A stretch of 64,000 nt of DNA from Eledone cirrhosa (lineage: Eukaryota), in the NCBI GenBank assembly GCA_964016885.1, contig OZ024741.1:110484001-110548000 (forward strand), written 5' to 3'. Each line of letters starts with the position of its first letter. The first letter of the stretch is position 1. This document shows, piece after piece, positions 36,348 through 50,120 of the stretch. Below the pieces are notes generated by a model. The model had not been told where the DNA came from and ran no database searches. It worked only from the letters and a program-made list of their open reading frames with translations. The position numbers and the translations under genes are program-made.

Positions 36348-38699
36348 ACACCAGTATAGTTTAGTGTAAATTCTTTGTATTTAATCATTTAAAAAAGAAC
36401 ATAACCCAAGGTAAACTCAGCCTTTTAATAAATAGACAACTGGAACTAAATAACAGCAACAAAGGACATATTAGATAATATAATCCTAAATATACTATGT
36501 CAGAATAAAAGATGGTATGGTCCTGTCTGGAGCAGCTTTAAACATAGGTCTGCTTGATCAGGGTTGACCTGGAGCTAAATAACAACTACAACAATCAGAT
36601 ATTACCTTTATGGTTTACTAAGAAATTGTTACACCTGTGTAAAGTGTGTGGTGTTTGACACATGGTGAAATAGTGAAATATTTGTCAACTATGGCTGCTT
36701 ATATATGACAATTGCAGTGAGATGTAATTAAGGAAACTGTGTAATTATAATAGTAAGTAGGTGGGCAGGTAGGTAGGTAGGTAGGTAGGTAGTTAAAGGT
36801 GATAGGTAGGTGAGGATGTAATGCTAGGTAGGTACATAAGTAGTTGTTAATGGCTGTTGTCTTTGATAGACCATGCAGTGGCATTTCTATAGCAGCTATT
36901 GTTTCTCTTTTAACCATTAACCACTAACCACTGCTGATTATAACTTCAACCAGTTTACTTCCTGACTTTACTCCACTGCACTTTGGTAAACAATGTTCTA
37001 TTAGTGTTTAATAATAACCTGGCTTACTATTAAGGTATCTAATCACTGACATTCTAGCACCTCTTTCAAATCTTATTATTCTACATACTAGCTATGTTGA
37101 AAGATTTGCTTACAAAAGCCTTGCTGGATAAATGAATAACAATAACACTGTTTTCTTAACCACTGCATCTGTTACTGAAACTATCATCATTGTTATTGTC
37201 GTCATTATCAGCATCATCATTGGTTTATATTTGTTTTACCATGAATTGGTTGGATTAGATGCAATGTTGATTTCATCATCATTGTGATTGTCACTGTTGT
37301 CATCATCGTTATCATCATCATCGTCATTGTCCTTATCATCGTCATTGTCATCATCATCATCAACACCATGTTCATCATCATCATCCTTTAACAACCATTT
37401 ACCCTACTAGTAAGGGTTAGACAAGTTGTCAAAGACCAGTTCAGTGCTTAATCAAAGCTACTGACATTTCAGATGCATCACTGGGACTACATCTCTTTTA
37501 CATATGTTCCCACATTGTACAGAGTGTACTGGGTGTATTTTATCATGTTACTAGAACTAGGGAGGTTGTTATGTCTTTGACAGAAACTAACCAGTCATCT
37601 CAACCTTTTGTTTGGCAAGTTTTCTACAGCTGGATGCCCTTCATCCAATATGTCTTTCCTTTTTTAAAAGTGGTAGGATGTGAATTGAGGAAGATTTGGC
37701 TACTATTTCTAACAGGTCAAGCGACCACATTGTTTCATAATAGTTTAAATGTGACAGAACAAATATGTTTGGAGGGAAGATTTTGTTAACTGGTTTTCAA
37801 TCTCTGATTTAACCATTTCATTACCACACATTTCTAACAATTATTAAACTGGTGTTTGGAACATAACAAGGTTCTTAAATAATATGATGATGGAAGCTTT
37901 TAGATGAATATAAACACTTTAACCCTTTCGTTATTATATTTCTAATTAAATACACTGCCTATGATTTCCAAATAATTTCGAAAATAATCAAGAATTTAGA
38001 GAGATTTATTAATATAGTATATTTACTAGTTGACAGATGGTTGTGAAAATTTGCAGTAAACATTAATTTTTTTATGTGATGCAGTCATGGTACTGTTTTG
38101 TATTTTTCAAGAATACCTTGTTAATGTAGTTTCATGTGATACATGACATTAAGAGTTAAACAATATTTTATTTTTCAGATTTGGTTCCCTTGTCTGAAAG
38201 ATATGTGATATCTATGGAAATTTCATCATGCTATTAAAGAACATCAATATGTGTCTATGCCAGGATATCTATCATTTCCCACCCACCTTTTTTTGGGGAT
38301 ATAATTCCTCTATCTAAGACTACACAGAATTTGTTGGGAGTTAAGGTTTTTAAAATCTTTTCTCCTTGTTTTTTAACATACATTCTTCGTAGCTACTTTA
38401 TTAATATATCCCATTTGTAACTACCTACTTAGCTAGCTAGCTAGCAATCCTCCATCACACATGATAGTGTTATGATGGCAGAAATGTCTTACTCAGAGCC
38501 TCTCTGACACAAGGTTTCCACAATAACCCCTTAATTTCTTTCTTGGAGCTAGCAGTTTATTTGATGAATCCAGTTTGAATTTTTACCTAATGTATCTGAC
38601 TGAAATGTCCCTGGATTAAACTTTCCAGCCATGGATAATAAGGTGAGTAAATAAACTTTTTTTTATTTTCCTGTCTGTATATGTATTTTCTTTTCTTCT

Positions 38700-39020
38700 T
38701 TTTACCTGTAACTCCACCAGGAGTTACAGGTTGCCATAGTATGACACAGCCTTTCTTGGGCATTTTAAACCTGGCAGAGCCCATCTCCTCTTCAAGTCTG
38801 AACACAGCTGATTTCTTCCAGAGAAAGAGAGTATGATAGAGAGTAAGAAAGAAATATAGAGGAAAACCGACCCATGTACTGGACTGGTACTTTTTTTTTG
38901 TTGACCTCAAAAGCATGAATGGTAAAATTGAACTTGATGAGATTTGTACTCAGAGTAAAGAGTCAGAACGAATATCCCACATTCTATTCAATGTTCTAAA
39001 TACTCTGCCAATTTGCCACT
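38700..39020 (-). mobile_element. Meta/MESC-like SINE, long form
   Basis: Homologous to 11488-11803. Confidence 0.7.
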
Positions 39021-39469
39021 TCTGTATACGTAACTCTACAAAATTTTGTTACATAAAATTATTATGGAACTTAATTTTTTTTTAATTTCAAATATAAAAC
39101 TTGGAAAGAAATGGGTGTGTCTCTTAGAATCAGAGGTGGTTTCAAGTGGTTTGGTATCAAAGAGGTTAGTTAATACATCACCCGGTTTAGAAATAATACT
39201 TGGCACTTGGATGCTTTTAACAGTCAAATCTGTTGACTGCATTCAGGCCACATCTGTAGATTTAGGCTACCTCCCTCTCTCCCTCCTATCAGTCTTGGTC
39301 CTGAAACAGGCCATAGACAGAAACTTTCCCTTTCTGACTAAATAATTTTGAAAGATCCTACTATAACAGACTTTCTTTTTCCTTCTGAGATGGGGTGGGC
39401 ATGTCAAACCATTAACAAATCAGTCATATGCTTCAGTTGATTCAGTCACCCATACACTACTTTTGGAAG

Positions 39470-39930
39470 AAGTATGGCCAAATGGTTAAGAAGTTTGCTT
39501 CACAATCATTAGATACCAGATTCAATTCCACTGTGTGGAATTTTAGGCATGTGTCATTGACCATAGCCTTGGTTCAACTCATACCTTGAGAGTGAAACTG
39601 GGTAGACAAAAACTGTTTAGAAGCCTGTCAGATGAACTATACCTGTAATTTAAAGGGCCAACCTTGATACACACTCTGCCACAGTATCTCCCTAAGAATT
39701 ACATTAAGGGTACAAGTGTCTGTGGAATGCTGAACCACTTGCACTATAATACAAAGTGGACTGTATCTGTAATTCAATGGGCTAGCCTTGTCACACACTT
39801 TGTCACATTGAATTTTCCAGAGAATTACATTATGGGTACACGTGTCTATGTTCAGGTACTTAAATGTTAATTTCATTAGCAAACTGTTCCATTGATCAAA
39901 CAACTTGAAAACTCATTGAAACTGATGTAG
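39470..39930 (+). mobile_element. tRNA-derived SINE with duplicated tail unit
   Basis: tggccaaatggttaag head; same family as 5265-6160. Confidence 0.7.
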
Positions 39931-40028
39931 GTTCGTTCCATACCTTACTCTTTGTGCCAAGTTAAATGATATCGAGACGGTCATGTGGCTATAGAAACCA
40001 TTCCAAAATATGGAACATGTAATACACT

Positions 40029-40237
40029 GGCCCATCTAGTCACAAGCCATGATGACCCATCTAGTCATGAGCCATGATGACCCATCTAGACATGAGCCAT
40101 AATGACCCATCTAATCATGAGCCGTGATAGTCCATCTAGTCATGAGCCATGATGACCCATCTAGACATGAGCCATAATGACCCATCTAATCATGAGCCGT
40201 GATAGTCCATCTAGTCTTGAGCCATGATGACCCATCC
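40029..40237. repeat. 25-bp tandem repeat (~8 units) with 75-bp higher-order structure
   Basis: gacccatctagtcatgagccatgat units; variant pattern repeats every third unit. Confidence 0.92.
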
Positions 40238-41182
40238 AAGCCACACCAGACATAGAAGGTACCACATCTTGAAATGCGTGATGCAGTCAGAGCAAGCCAG
40301 CTTTTCCTATCCCCTGCCAGAGCAGGTACATCCTTCCATTACTTGTTCCCCAATCTCTTTGGAAAATCATTTACCCATATGGAATACCAGAGAAGTTAGT
40401 TGAAGCCATCTCTAGAATATGAGAACACCAGGATGGAAAACAGACATAATATGATGATGATGTTAATTATAAATAGACTGAAAATAGCAACCAATTCAAA
40501 TTATGGGGGTGATGATTGCCAATAGACTGAAAATAGCAACAGATTCAAATGACAAGTGACAATCCACATGAGAACTAAATGATGTCTTGGAGAAAAAATA
40601 ACACTGTTGCTGGACAATAGCCCCTAGAGATTCTCATGAAGAATATTCTCATGCCCCCTTTGTTTGACCTTCTATTGAATAAACATGATATAAGAGGTCG
40701 CTTTAGAGTCTTGGAAGCAGTTTTTGGTAAAAGGCACTTAGAACAATAATTGGTTGGTTCCTTGGTTTATAGTTGCATTCTTCTCCAGACTTGAAGTTAC
40801 TAAGTGGCTTGTCATTCTCACTCTCTCTTGCATACACTTACATACACACAGACTATGTCTGACTGGCTGTCTCTCTATATGACTGATTGTCTTTCGGTAT
40901 GACTGACTGTCTGTCGGTGAGTCTAACTGGCTGTCTGTGTGTCAGTCTTTGTCTACAGTAGCCAGATACAATTACAAGTGTATACTCCCACATATGTACA
41001 AGCATAATATACACATACATCCATATCTATATCACTGTATATACTCACACACACACACATATATAGATACTTATCTATATACACATAGATACAGACATAT
41101 CTCTATCACTACATACAAATGCACACATACACATTCAATACACTCACACACATAGATATTTATCAATATATATATATGTATA

Positions 41183-41225
<43 letters not shown>

Positions 41226-41984
41226 CTCTCATCATCATTGTATACATACACATACAGACACAAACACATACATACCTGTATCACTATATACATGCACACA
41301 CATACATAGAAGCATGCATACATATATCAGACTACATACACACAAGCATGCATACATATATTACTCTACATACACATCTATATCACTGTGTATACACACA
41401 CATATCTAATTGACTATGTACATACACACATGCATATCTATATCACTATGTATTTACATGCACACATATACGCATATATCACTATACTCATACACATGTG
41501 AATGCACACACAAACACACACTCATCTCTATCAATACGCACATTCCAGTATCACTATGTATACACATACACGCAGCTAGTTAAAACGATGAGATAAACTA
41601 CAACCTCAACAATATTTCAAATCAACAATGTCAGATTCAAAACAACAAATACTATACTATACACATAAATAACACTACCACTTCTACTACTATCCCCACT
41701 GCTACCACCTCAACAATTACTACTTCTGCCACCACCACCAACACCACTACTACTACTACATTCTATTTTGGAGCACAGAATCTGTTCAGAATCCCATTGT
41801 ATGTGTTTGTGTGCATGTGTGTGTTTGTGTCTGTGTTTTGTTGTCTCATAACTTTACAGTTTAACACAAAGAGATCAATAAAATACTAAAAAAATAAAAA
41901 CCCTGCACTCTACATGATCGACTATATTCCTTGAAGGCATGGCTGCTTTCTAATGACTGCAACCAGTAAAAAAATAAAAGAATA

Positions 41985-42270
41985 CACAGGTGTGCTGAAT
42001 GAAATAGTTGCTGAAAGGTGCCTCCAGTTTATTAGTCACATCTTCTGCCTCCCCAATATTTGTGTTAAGATTGACATGAACTGGATACCACCTGGGGGAA
42101 AGATGCCTACAGGTAGACCAACAATCACTTGGTATGAAACTGTGAAAGAAGACCTGTAAAAAAAGACAGACCAACTGGTACCAGGCTCCAAAGCATGCTC
42201 AAGACTGATCAAAGTGGAGATGAATTGGGACCTTTTGCTGTATATCAGTTGGGGGAACAAGGTGGCAAGA
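41985..42270 (+). mobile_element. Old RTE LINE 3' end
   Basis: MNWIPPGGKMPTGRPTITWYETVKEDL motif. Confidence 0.7.
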
Positions 42271-44079
42271 TAAGGTATGTGATGGTGTGTGGCCTAGTGA
42301 TTAGGATGTCACGAGTTTTTGTTTCTTGAACTGGGTGGTGCATTATGTTCTTGACCAAAACACTTCATGTTGCTCCAATCTCACAGCTGAAAATGAGTAC
42401 AAGTGAGCATCTGGAAGTTAACCCTGCTAGGGACTGGCATTTTTCTTGTACTGGTAGTTGCTTAAGGCCAATGAATCCAAGATAAACTCTAGCTTGATGA
42501 GACACAGTGTATAAATGGACTTCTTCAGTTTTCATCTACCAAGTTTTATCGACAGGTTATTAGTCAGCCTGAATGTACACCATATGCAAATGAGCATCAC
42601 CAGCTGATGTTTCATATGCAAAAACTATATAGGTTTTGCCTATTCTGATCTCAATAATGAGTAAGTAAATGTCACCAATGAAGAATAAAAATCCAGAAAC
42701 AAATGTTTGGCATTCTCACTGTCTACTGAGATAGCATGACACATGATCACTGCTTAAAATACTCATAGCAAGACTTTTGTATGTTTATCATGCATTTCGT
42801 ATATGCTAGTAATTGAAATAGTACATGAAGATTATCTATAAGCATATAATACATAAATATAAGGATACTAATACTGTAATAGTATCACATTGTTATGGTA
42901 GACCTCGTATATATTTTAATATACTATCATTAAGTTACAATTAAAGTGTTTAGTGCAGGAAATGTTTAAAATGTTTGGAGACGGAAAACGATATTAGCAA
43001 CCAACTAATATTATTTTAAGTAATTATAGAGAAAATGACTAAGTTCTTCATAATCTATGTTATTTGCCCAATAACTAATGTTTCATAATGTAGGACAGAC
43101 AAGAAGTGAATTTTGACCCAAAAATGTGAATTTTACATATGCTAGAAATATTCTTTTCTTTTTTTCCTATTTAGTCATGAAGGGTGGGGGAGAGGCAGTG
43201 CCTATAACCCTGTACAGCACCTCTGAGGCTGATTGAGGGGATGGAAGAAGGTGTCCTTAACCAAAAACCTAGCTCAAAAGTGAACTCGGCTAAAAGCGCC
43301 CAAAGGCCAATCTCAAACTCAACACAGAACCAGGACAAATATATATCTTAAGACGTCTCATGATATTCTAGTAATTCTGTCCAATTCAATACCCTGGATT
43401 GCTATTTAATTTTATCAACCCCGAACAGCTGAAAGACAGAGTTGACCTGTGCAGAATTTGAACTAAAAATTCAGTGAGCCAGAACAAATGCTAAAAAACA
43501 TTTTGTCTGCTGCCCTTTTATTAAAGAACTTAATATACTCTCATAAACAACTCAAATTTATCTGTCTAATGCTGCTGATTCAGACACACAAAAGATCTCA
43601 AATTTATCTGTCTAATGTTGCTGGTTCAGACACACAAAACGACTGAAATTTATCTGTTTGTTTACTGTTTACAAATAGAATCAAATTTATTTGTCTAATG
43701 TTTACTTTGGGCATGCATACAACCCTGAACTATCAGTGGTGAACCTGGTAACTCTATACAATATTTTTAAATAGTCTATTACGATGTTAAAGTGAAGCAA
43801 ATTGTACAGTTAATAGATTGGCAAAGAAACTAAATATGTCACTTTAATGTGAAGCTTACCCTCTAATCTTGAGTGTTAATTTCTAAATTTGACCAGCACT
43901 AGAAGACCACAATAGTAAACAGCTAAACAATACAACTTTCTGTTGAGTGGTTCACTGAAAACAACACCCGGCAGTTAAGCCGTTATATATATATACGCAC
44001 ACACACACGTACATATATGTATATAATTTTAAACTGTAATTTCACTCTCCAATTTTATATATATATATATATGTGTGTG

Positions 44080-45320
44080 TCATCATCGTTCAATGTCCAT
44101 TTTCCATGCTAGCATGGAAAATGGACATTGAACGATGATGACACACACATATACGAACTGTCCCATTGTGAGACAGCCAGGTTGGGGAATTGTGTTTTGC
44201 TCACACAGAACTGATTTTGACTTGGTTTCTATGACTGGATACCCTTGTTAATGCTAACCATATTTACAGTGTGTACTAAGTGCTTTTTGTCGTGATACCT
44301 ACATGACCAATTTACAGTGTGGACTGGGCACTTTTTGTCATGACACCTATACAACCACTTACAGTATGGGCTGGGTGCTTTTTGTTGTGACACCTACGCG
44401 ACTACTTTACAGTGTGGATAGATCGCTTATTGTCATGGCTTCAAGATGATTGCTTTATTGTGTGGATTGGCGACTTGGGCGGGAGGATGCATGGGGAATT
44501 GGGGAGGTAGACATAAAGTTGGAGTCATTACAACGTGGGAGGGGTGATGGAAGGGAAGGTGGTGCATACTAGATGTCTACCTCAGCTCCTGCATATGGGA
44601 AAGCGGGTCTTCTGTATTACTGCATAGCGACAGAGATCACAGTCCTGTGTCATTGCCTTTGAGAGGTGCAATAGTGCAAGATTAGCTTTTATCACCTCAT
44701 CCCATGTCTTCCAAGGCCTGCCCACTCCATAGCTTCCATTAATTTGAGCATCCTTCATGCATAACACATGTCCATACCAACTCAATCTCCTCTCCTGCAC
44801 ACTGCATCTGATTCCTCTAATGCCTAATTTCTCTTGCAGTTCATTTATGCTTTGCTATTCATGTATATTGCTATTGCGCATCCATCAAAACATGGAAACT
44901 TCATTTCTTTCCAATCTTCGCAAGTCTTTTGCACACAGTACCCATGTCTCACTACCTTGTAACATTGTTGTTCGTATACATACATCATACAGTCTGCTTT
45001 TCATTTTGAGGGAAAAACCTTTTGTAGTTAGCAGTGGTAGTAACTCCCTGAACTTTCTCCAACCCATATTTGCTCTGGCTACTGTGCTTTCGGAATACCT
45101 TCCACTGCTAATTTAGTCACCCAGGTAACAGAAAAAATCTACTACTTATACTGGGCATTTGAAGGAGATTGTATCCTGAGAGCTCTTGCTACTTACTGCC
45201 CCTGTGCACTGACCACATATAAAACCTGCGTTCTTTGTTACTCTGCTTGAAATCCCACTACATCTTTTGTGAATCAATAATTTGCATTTGGAACATAGAA
45301 TGAAATTTCTACCGACTCCA
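44080..45320 (-). mobile_element. Older RTE LINE (family A-related) with 48-bp repeats in the 3'UTR
   Basis: GWRKFRELLPLL..GSETW..RRLSWYGHV, a remnant of the PHD region, and 4-5 repeat units at 44262-44470. Confidence 0.88.
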
Positions 45321-45409
45321 CTATCGATCCACTCATCAGACTAGTGATTCAACAAAAAGTACATATATATATACACGTGCGCAATGGTACATTGTTTTGT
45401 AGGTTACTG

Positions 45410-45735
45410 TGTTTGGATTATGGCCTTATGGTCGTGATTTCAATTCTCTGACTAGCCACTGCATTGCGTCCTTGAGCTAGACACTTTATTTCGAGTTGCT
45501 CTGGTCCACTCAGCTGGCAAAAATGAGTTGAACTTGTAATTCAAGGAGCCAGCCTTGTCAAACACTGTGTCACTCTGAATCTCCCTGAAAACTAAGTTAA
45601 GAGTTCATATGTACACAATAATTTCATTATTATTATGTCTGTGGAATGCTAAGCCACTTAGATGTTAATTTCACCAACAGGCAGTTCTGTTGATTGATTC
45701 AATTGGAGCACTCATCATTGGAAACAATGGAGGGC
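45410..45735 (+). mobile_element. tRNA-derived SINE (V-like core plus shared tail unit)
   Basis: gtccttgagctagacactttatttc..ccactcagctgg..aaatgag core followed by the tgtaattcaa..gccttgtca tail. Confidence 0.65.
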
Positions 45736-45760
45736 TCTAAAAAATATGTATATGTGTGTG

Positions 45761-45803
<43 letters not shown>

Positions 45804-46057
45804 CATGTACATACAAACATACATATTTATTTATATATATATATACACACACATACATTCATACATACATTCATACATATACTAAAAAAATGCTTCTTTC
45901 CAGTTTTTATATTTGAAAACAAAATTCTTTATATATATATATATATATACATACATGCGTACACATACACTGACATATCTGGCTAGCAGGGTAAGCAGAT
46001 GTTAAAAAAACCGATGATGATATATTTATGTATGTTTTTTATATATATATCATCATC

Positions 46058-46108
<51 letters not shown>

Positions 46109-47129
46109 AGCACACATGCATACACATAACTATTCAATAGATTGTAAATAAATTGCTGTTGCTAATTTGTGAAATGTCATGTAAGAAATGTAAACACAGA
46201 TACATGTTTGTTTGTTTGTGTGGAATTTACATTCCAGAATGGCTTAGATGTGTCAGTATTTTTGTTAAGGGAAAGGTTTTATGGCAAAATAATATTCATT
46301 TCATTTTAACTCTTGTCATACCGACTTGACTCTGATTCTATAAAACAAAACTATCCATTTTAAAAGGGTTCCGATTTAAATTAAAATTTCCTAACATAAT
46401 TTTATATAAGAACTTCTGTAAAATTATGTTTCAAATACGATATTAATATTGAAGGCATGTGGTTAGAACATTGGGCTCACAATCATAAGGTTGTGAGTTC
46501 GATTCCCAGACCAAGCAGTGCATGGTGTCCTTGGGCAAGACAATTTATTTCAATTTATTTCACATTGTTGAAAAGAATTAGTTACAATGTCACCGCTGCC
46601 AGGTTGTATTCGCCATTGCCTTTCCCTTGGAAAGACATATATAATGAAAAGAAATGTGTAGCAGAAGTTGAGATGTAGTTAAGTTGAACTTGCGAAGTTG
46701 GATGTTGAGTTGTGTAGCGAGGTGAATGTAGTGAGAGAATGAAGTGATTTTGGTTTGTTGTTCATTTGAGCGTGACAGAGTTTGTAGAAGTGATTGTTGT
46801 TGGCTTGCTGGGTCATTATGCATAGAAGGATTGTGGAAAAAGTACCAAGGAATGAACAAGTAAAACATGGTCACTACATAAAGAATTTTTATTAAGGAAA
46901 TAGCTTACTTCGAAGCTATTGTCGATAAGATAGGAAAATGCTATGATAAAGTACGGCCAAAATGGTTGTCATTATACAGACTGTAGAAGCCATACCAAAA
47001 ATGAAACATTTGAGCAAGACATGGCTCTTGGATCTGTCTGATATCAGGCTATGATGACCCATCCAACCAATGCCAGTATAGATAAATGGCTGTAAAATTG
47101 TTATTATTATTATTATTATTATTATTAGT

Positions 47130-47560
47130 TAAGGGCGGTGGATTGGCAGTAATAGTAGTGTTGGGCAACATGCTTTGTGGCATATAGTTATGTCCCTTTA
47201 AGTTCTGAGCTCAAATCCCGCTGGGGTTAGCTTTGCTTTTCATCCTTATAGTTTGATAAAATAAAGTACCAGCAATGTACTGGGGTTGAACTAATCAATT
47301 TTCCTATTCCCCAAATGTTGGCCTTGTGCCTAAATCAGAAACCATTATTATTAGTTATGAAGGGTAGTTGATTGGCAGAGTGGTTAGAGGGTCGAACAGA
47401 TGCTTAGCAGTTTTTGTTCTGGCTCTTTACTTTCTGAGTTTAAATCCTGCTGAGGCCAACTGTTCCTTTCATTCTTCCAGGGTCAATAAAATAAAATACC
47501 AATCATGTACTCAGGTCAATGTTGACTTTGTGCCTAAATTAGAAAACATTATCATTAGTT
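47130..47560 (+). mobile_element. Tandem pair of Meta/MESC-like SINEs after an (ATT)n run
   Basis: Two heads (ggcggtggattggcag; gattggcagagtgg) and two cores. Confidence 0.75.
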
Positions 47561-47862
47561 ATTTACTAATATTTTCCTCTCACTACTTATTTAAACTTTA
47601 GCCTTTGCTAAGTTTACATTAAGGCCTTTTGATTCCAGGTTTTGCTTCAATGTCTGGAATTTCTTTTCCATATTTACTACAGATTCAGCTATAAGAACTA
47701 GGTCATCTGCATCGACATATAGTTATATTCATCACTGTTACTCATTGTTAACCCTCCCACATTGCTGACAGAAGGTAATCTCTCTTTAACATACACATAC
47801 ACACACACACACACATACACTCACACAATCACACACACATACAATCACACAATCACACACAC

Positions 47863-47927
<65 letters not shown>

Positions 47928-48312
47928 TACCTCCTGCCGCTGATGTTAAAACAACAATAATATATACCACTCCCACACACACAAACAAATATATATATAT
48001 CATCATCATTACCATTTAACATCTATTTTTCCGCGCTTGTATGTGTTAGATGAGTTGTCACTTTGAGACAATTCAGGTTAGAATCTGTATTTTGGCTTGT
48101 TTTTTATGGCTGTGGACTGGGTGCTTTATATATATATGTTCAAGGAAACAACAAACAGAGGTACAAAAAGTCTTATTAGTTTCATACTTTATATGGAAAA
48201 GGGGAAAGAAAGTTTGATGTGTCAGGCTTTAGACCTTCTTCAGGAGTACATAAATAGAGACAGGATTACAAAGGATAGATACAGAAAATAAAAGGTAGTC
48301 CAAGTAAATATG

Positions 48313-48750
48313 TATCATCATCATCATCATCATCGTTTAACGTCCATCTTCCATGCTAGCATGGGTTTGGACGGGAATTTTCCCACTTGAGGCAAGATTG
48401 GTCATCTTGCTCGTATAGAACTGTCTGGCGGGTTTTCTATGGCTGGATGCCCTTCCTAACACCAACCACGTTTACAGTGTGGACTGGGAGGTTTTTACCG
48501 TGTTACCTACATGGCCACATTACAGCGTGGACTGTGTGTTTTTTTTTTTGTCGTGACACCTACACGACCTCATTTGTTTCGGACTGGATGTTGTGGTACC
48601 AACATAACTTTACATTGGAAGGGGTGGTGTGGATGGGGTGGGGATAGTGGGGCCGGGGTGTATTTTTGTTAGAGGTGCCTACTGACTGTAGGTTTCGCTT
48701 TGTACTTAGTCAAGGCGGGTCTTCTGTATTATTGTGTAGCGCCAAAGATC
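48313..48750 (-). mobile_element. RTE LINE (family A) 3'UTR fragment
   Basis: Homologous to 31917-32370. Confidence 0.88.
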
Positions 48751-48857
48751 TATATATATATATATCAAGCGTGAAACTAAAAACCATATCATTTGTACTG
48801 CCTCTCTATTTTTTGTTCTCTGTTCATTTATTAAACTATATATATATATAAATATAT

Positions 48858-49783
48858 ATCATCATCATCATCATTTTACGTCCGCTTTTCCCTGCTTGCA
48901 AGGGTGGGACGGGTCTTATTAAGCACAGCATCTCTCCACTCATCACGGTCCTTTGTCATCTCCACTGTGAGCTTCAATGATCTGAGGTCTGTTCTCACCA
49001 CCTCCGCCCATGTTTTTCGTGGTCTACCTCTACCACATCTTCCTTCAACTGGCATTTCCTGGCACTTCTTCACCCATCGGTCATCCTCCATGCGCATCAC
49101 ATGTCCATACCACCTCAGTCTCCTCTCCCGTACACTACATTCTATCCCTCTCAGACAGTTTCTCTCTCAACACATTTATGCTGGGTCGTTCACGCACATT
49201 TACACTGCACATCCAACGGAGCATGCTTGCCTCATTTCTCTCCAGCCGTTGCATATCCTCTGCAGTTGCTGCCCATGTCTCACTACCATGCAGCATCGCG
49301 CTCCTCACACAGGCATCATACAACCAGCCTTTCGTACGCAGGGAGAAACCCTTCTTCATCAAGAGGAAGCAGCTCCCTAAACTTCTTCCAACCCGTCCTT
49401 ATTCTAGATACTATGGCCTCGGAACACCCTCCTCCCATGCTAATCTAATCTCCTAGGTACCAGAAGCTCTCCACCACTTCTATAGCGCCCTCCTGCATTT
49501 GAAAAATGTGTCTATCAATGCGACTTCTACTGTCTAATTTCCCTGTACATCTACTGCATACATATTTCTCCCTACCTATTAGTTTGCCTGCTATCCCACT
49601 ACATCTCTTGTGTACCCAGGATCTGCATTGTGTGCATTTTATAGAATTTATGCCAGTTCCTTTTCTGCATATCGAACATGGCCATTTCCCTGACGGAATC
49701 AGGGTTTTGTCCTCTTTTCTACTCATCAACACTTAGCTAGATTCACTCTGTCCTCTTGCTTCCAACTGCTGTTTCCATAGCCA

Positions 49784-49785
<2 letters not shown>
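48858..49785 (-). mobile_element. RTE LINE (family B), 5'-truncated, with PHD finger
   Basis: WPCSICRKG..CTQCRSWVHKRC..VCSRC, GSETW, GRGRPRKTW; frameshifts; (TA)n on both sides. Confidence 0.92.
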
Positions 49786-49819
<34 letters not shown>

Positions 49820-49824
<5 letters not shown>

Positions 49825-50120
49825 TGTGAGTTCAATTCTCAGACCGGGTGATGTGTTGTTTGCTTGAGCAAGACACTTTATTTCACATTGCTCCAGTTTA
49901 CTCAGCTGTAGAAATGAGATGATAGGGACTGGGGTCCATATCATTCCACTGCAAAGTGGTCGTGGAGGTGCCACAGCAAAAAAGCACCCACCACTCACTG
50001 TAAATGAGGTTGGTGTTAGGAAGGGCATCTAGCTGTAGAAATCAAGCCAGAATCAGTTCCCGTCCCACCCTTGCAAGCAGGGAAAAAGCGGACGTAAAAT
50101 GAAATGATGATGATGAAATG
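49820..50120 (+). mobile_element. SINE with V-like core and an RTE family-B 3' tail
   Basis: gagttcaattctc B-box; tail ccgtcccacccttgcaagcagggaaaaagcggacg nearly identical to RTE-B; second copy at 62846-63133. Confidence 0.85.

Noticed and set aside
39046-39345. 99-aa ORF in apparently unique sequence as a host exon
   Set aside because: No recognisable domain or convincing splice pair; length is within chance expectation
40560-40810. Possible CR1-like 3' end on the minus strand
   Set aside because: Only faint SLEK/FFS-like words; too degraded to call
46455-46515. Possible tRNA gene
   Set aside because: No complete cloverleaf; it continues directly into a SINE core, so it is a SINE head
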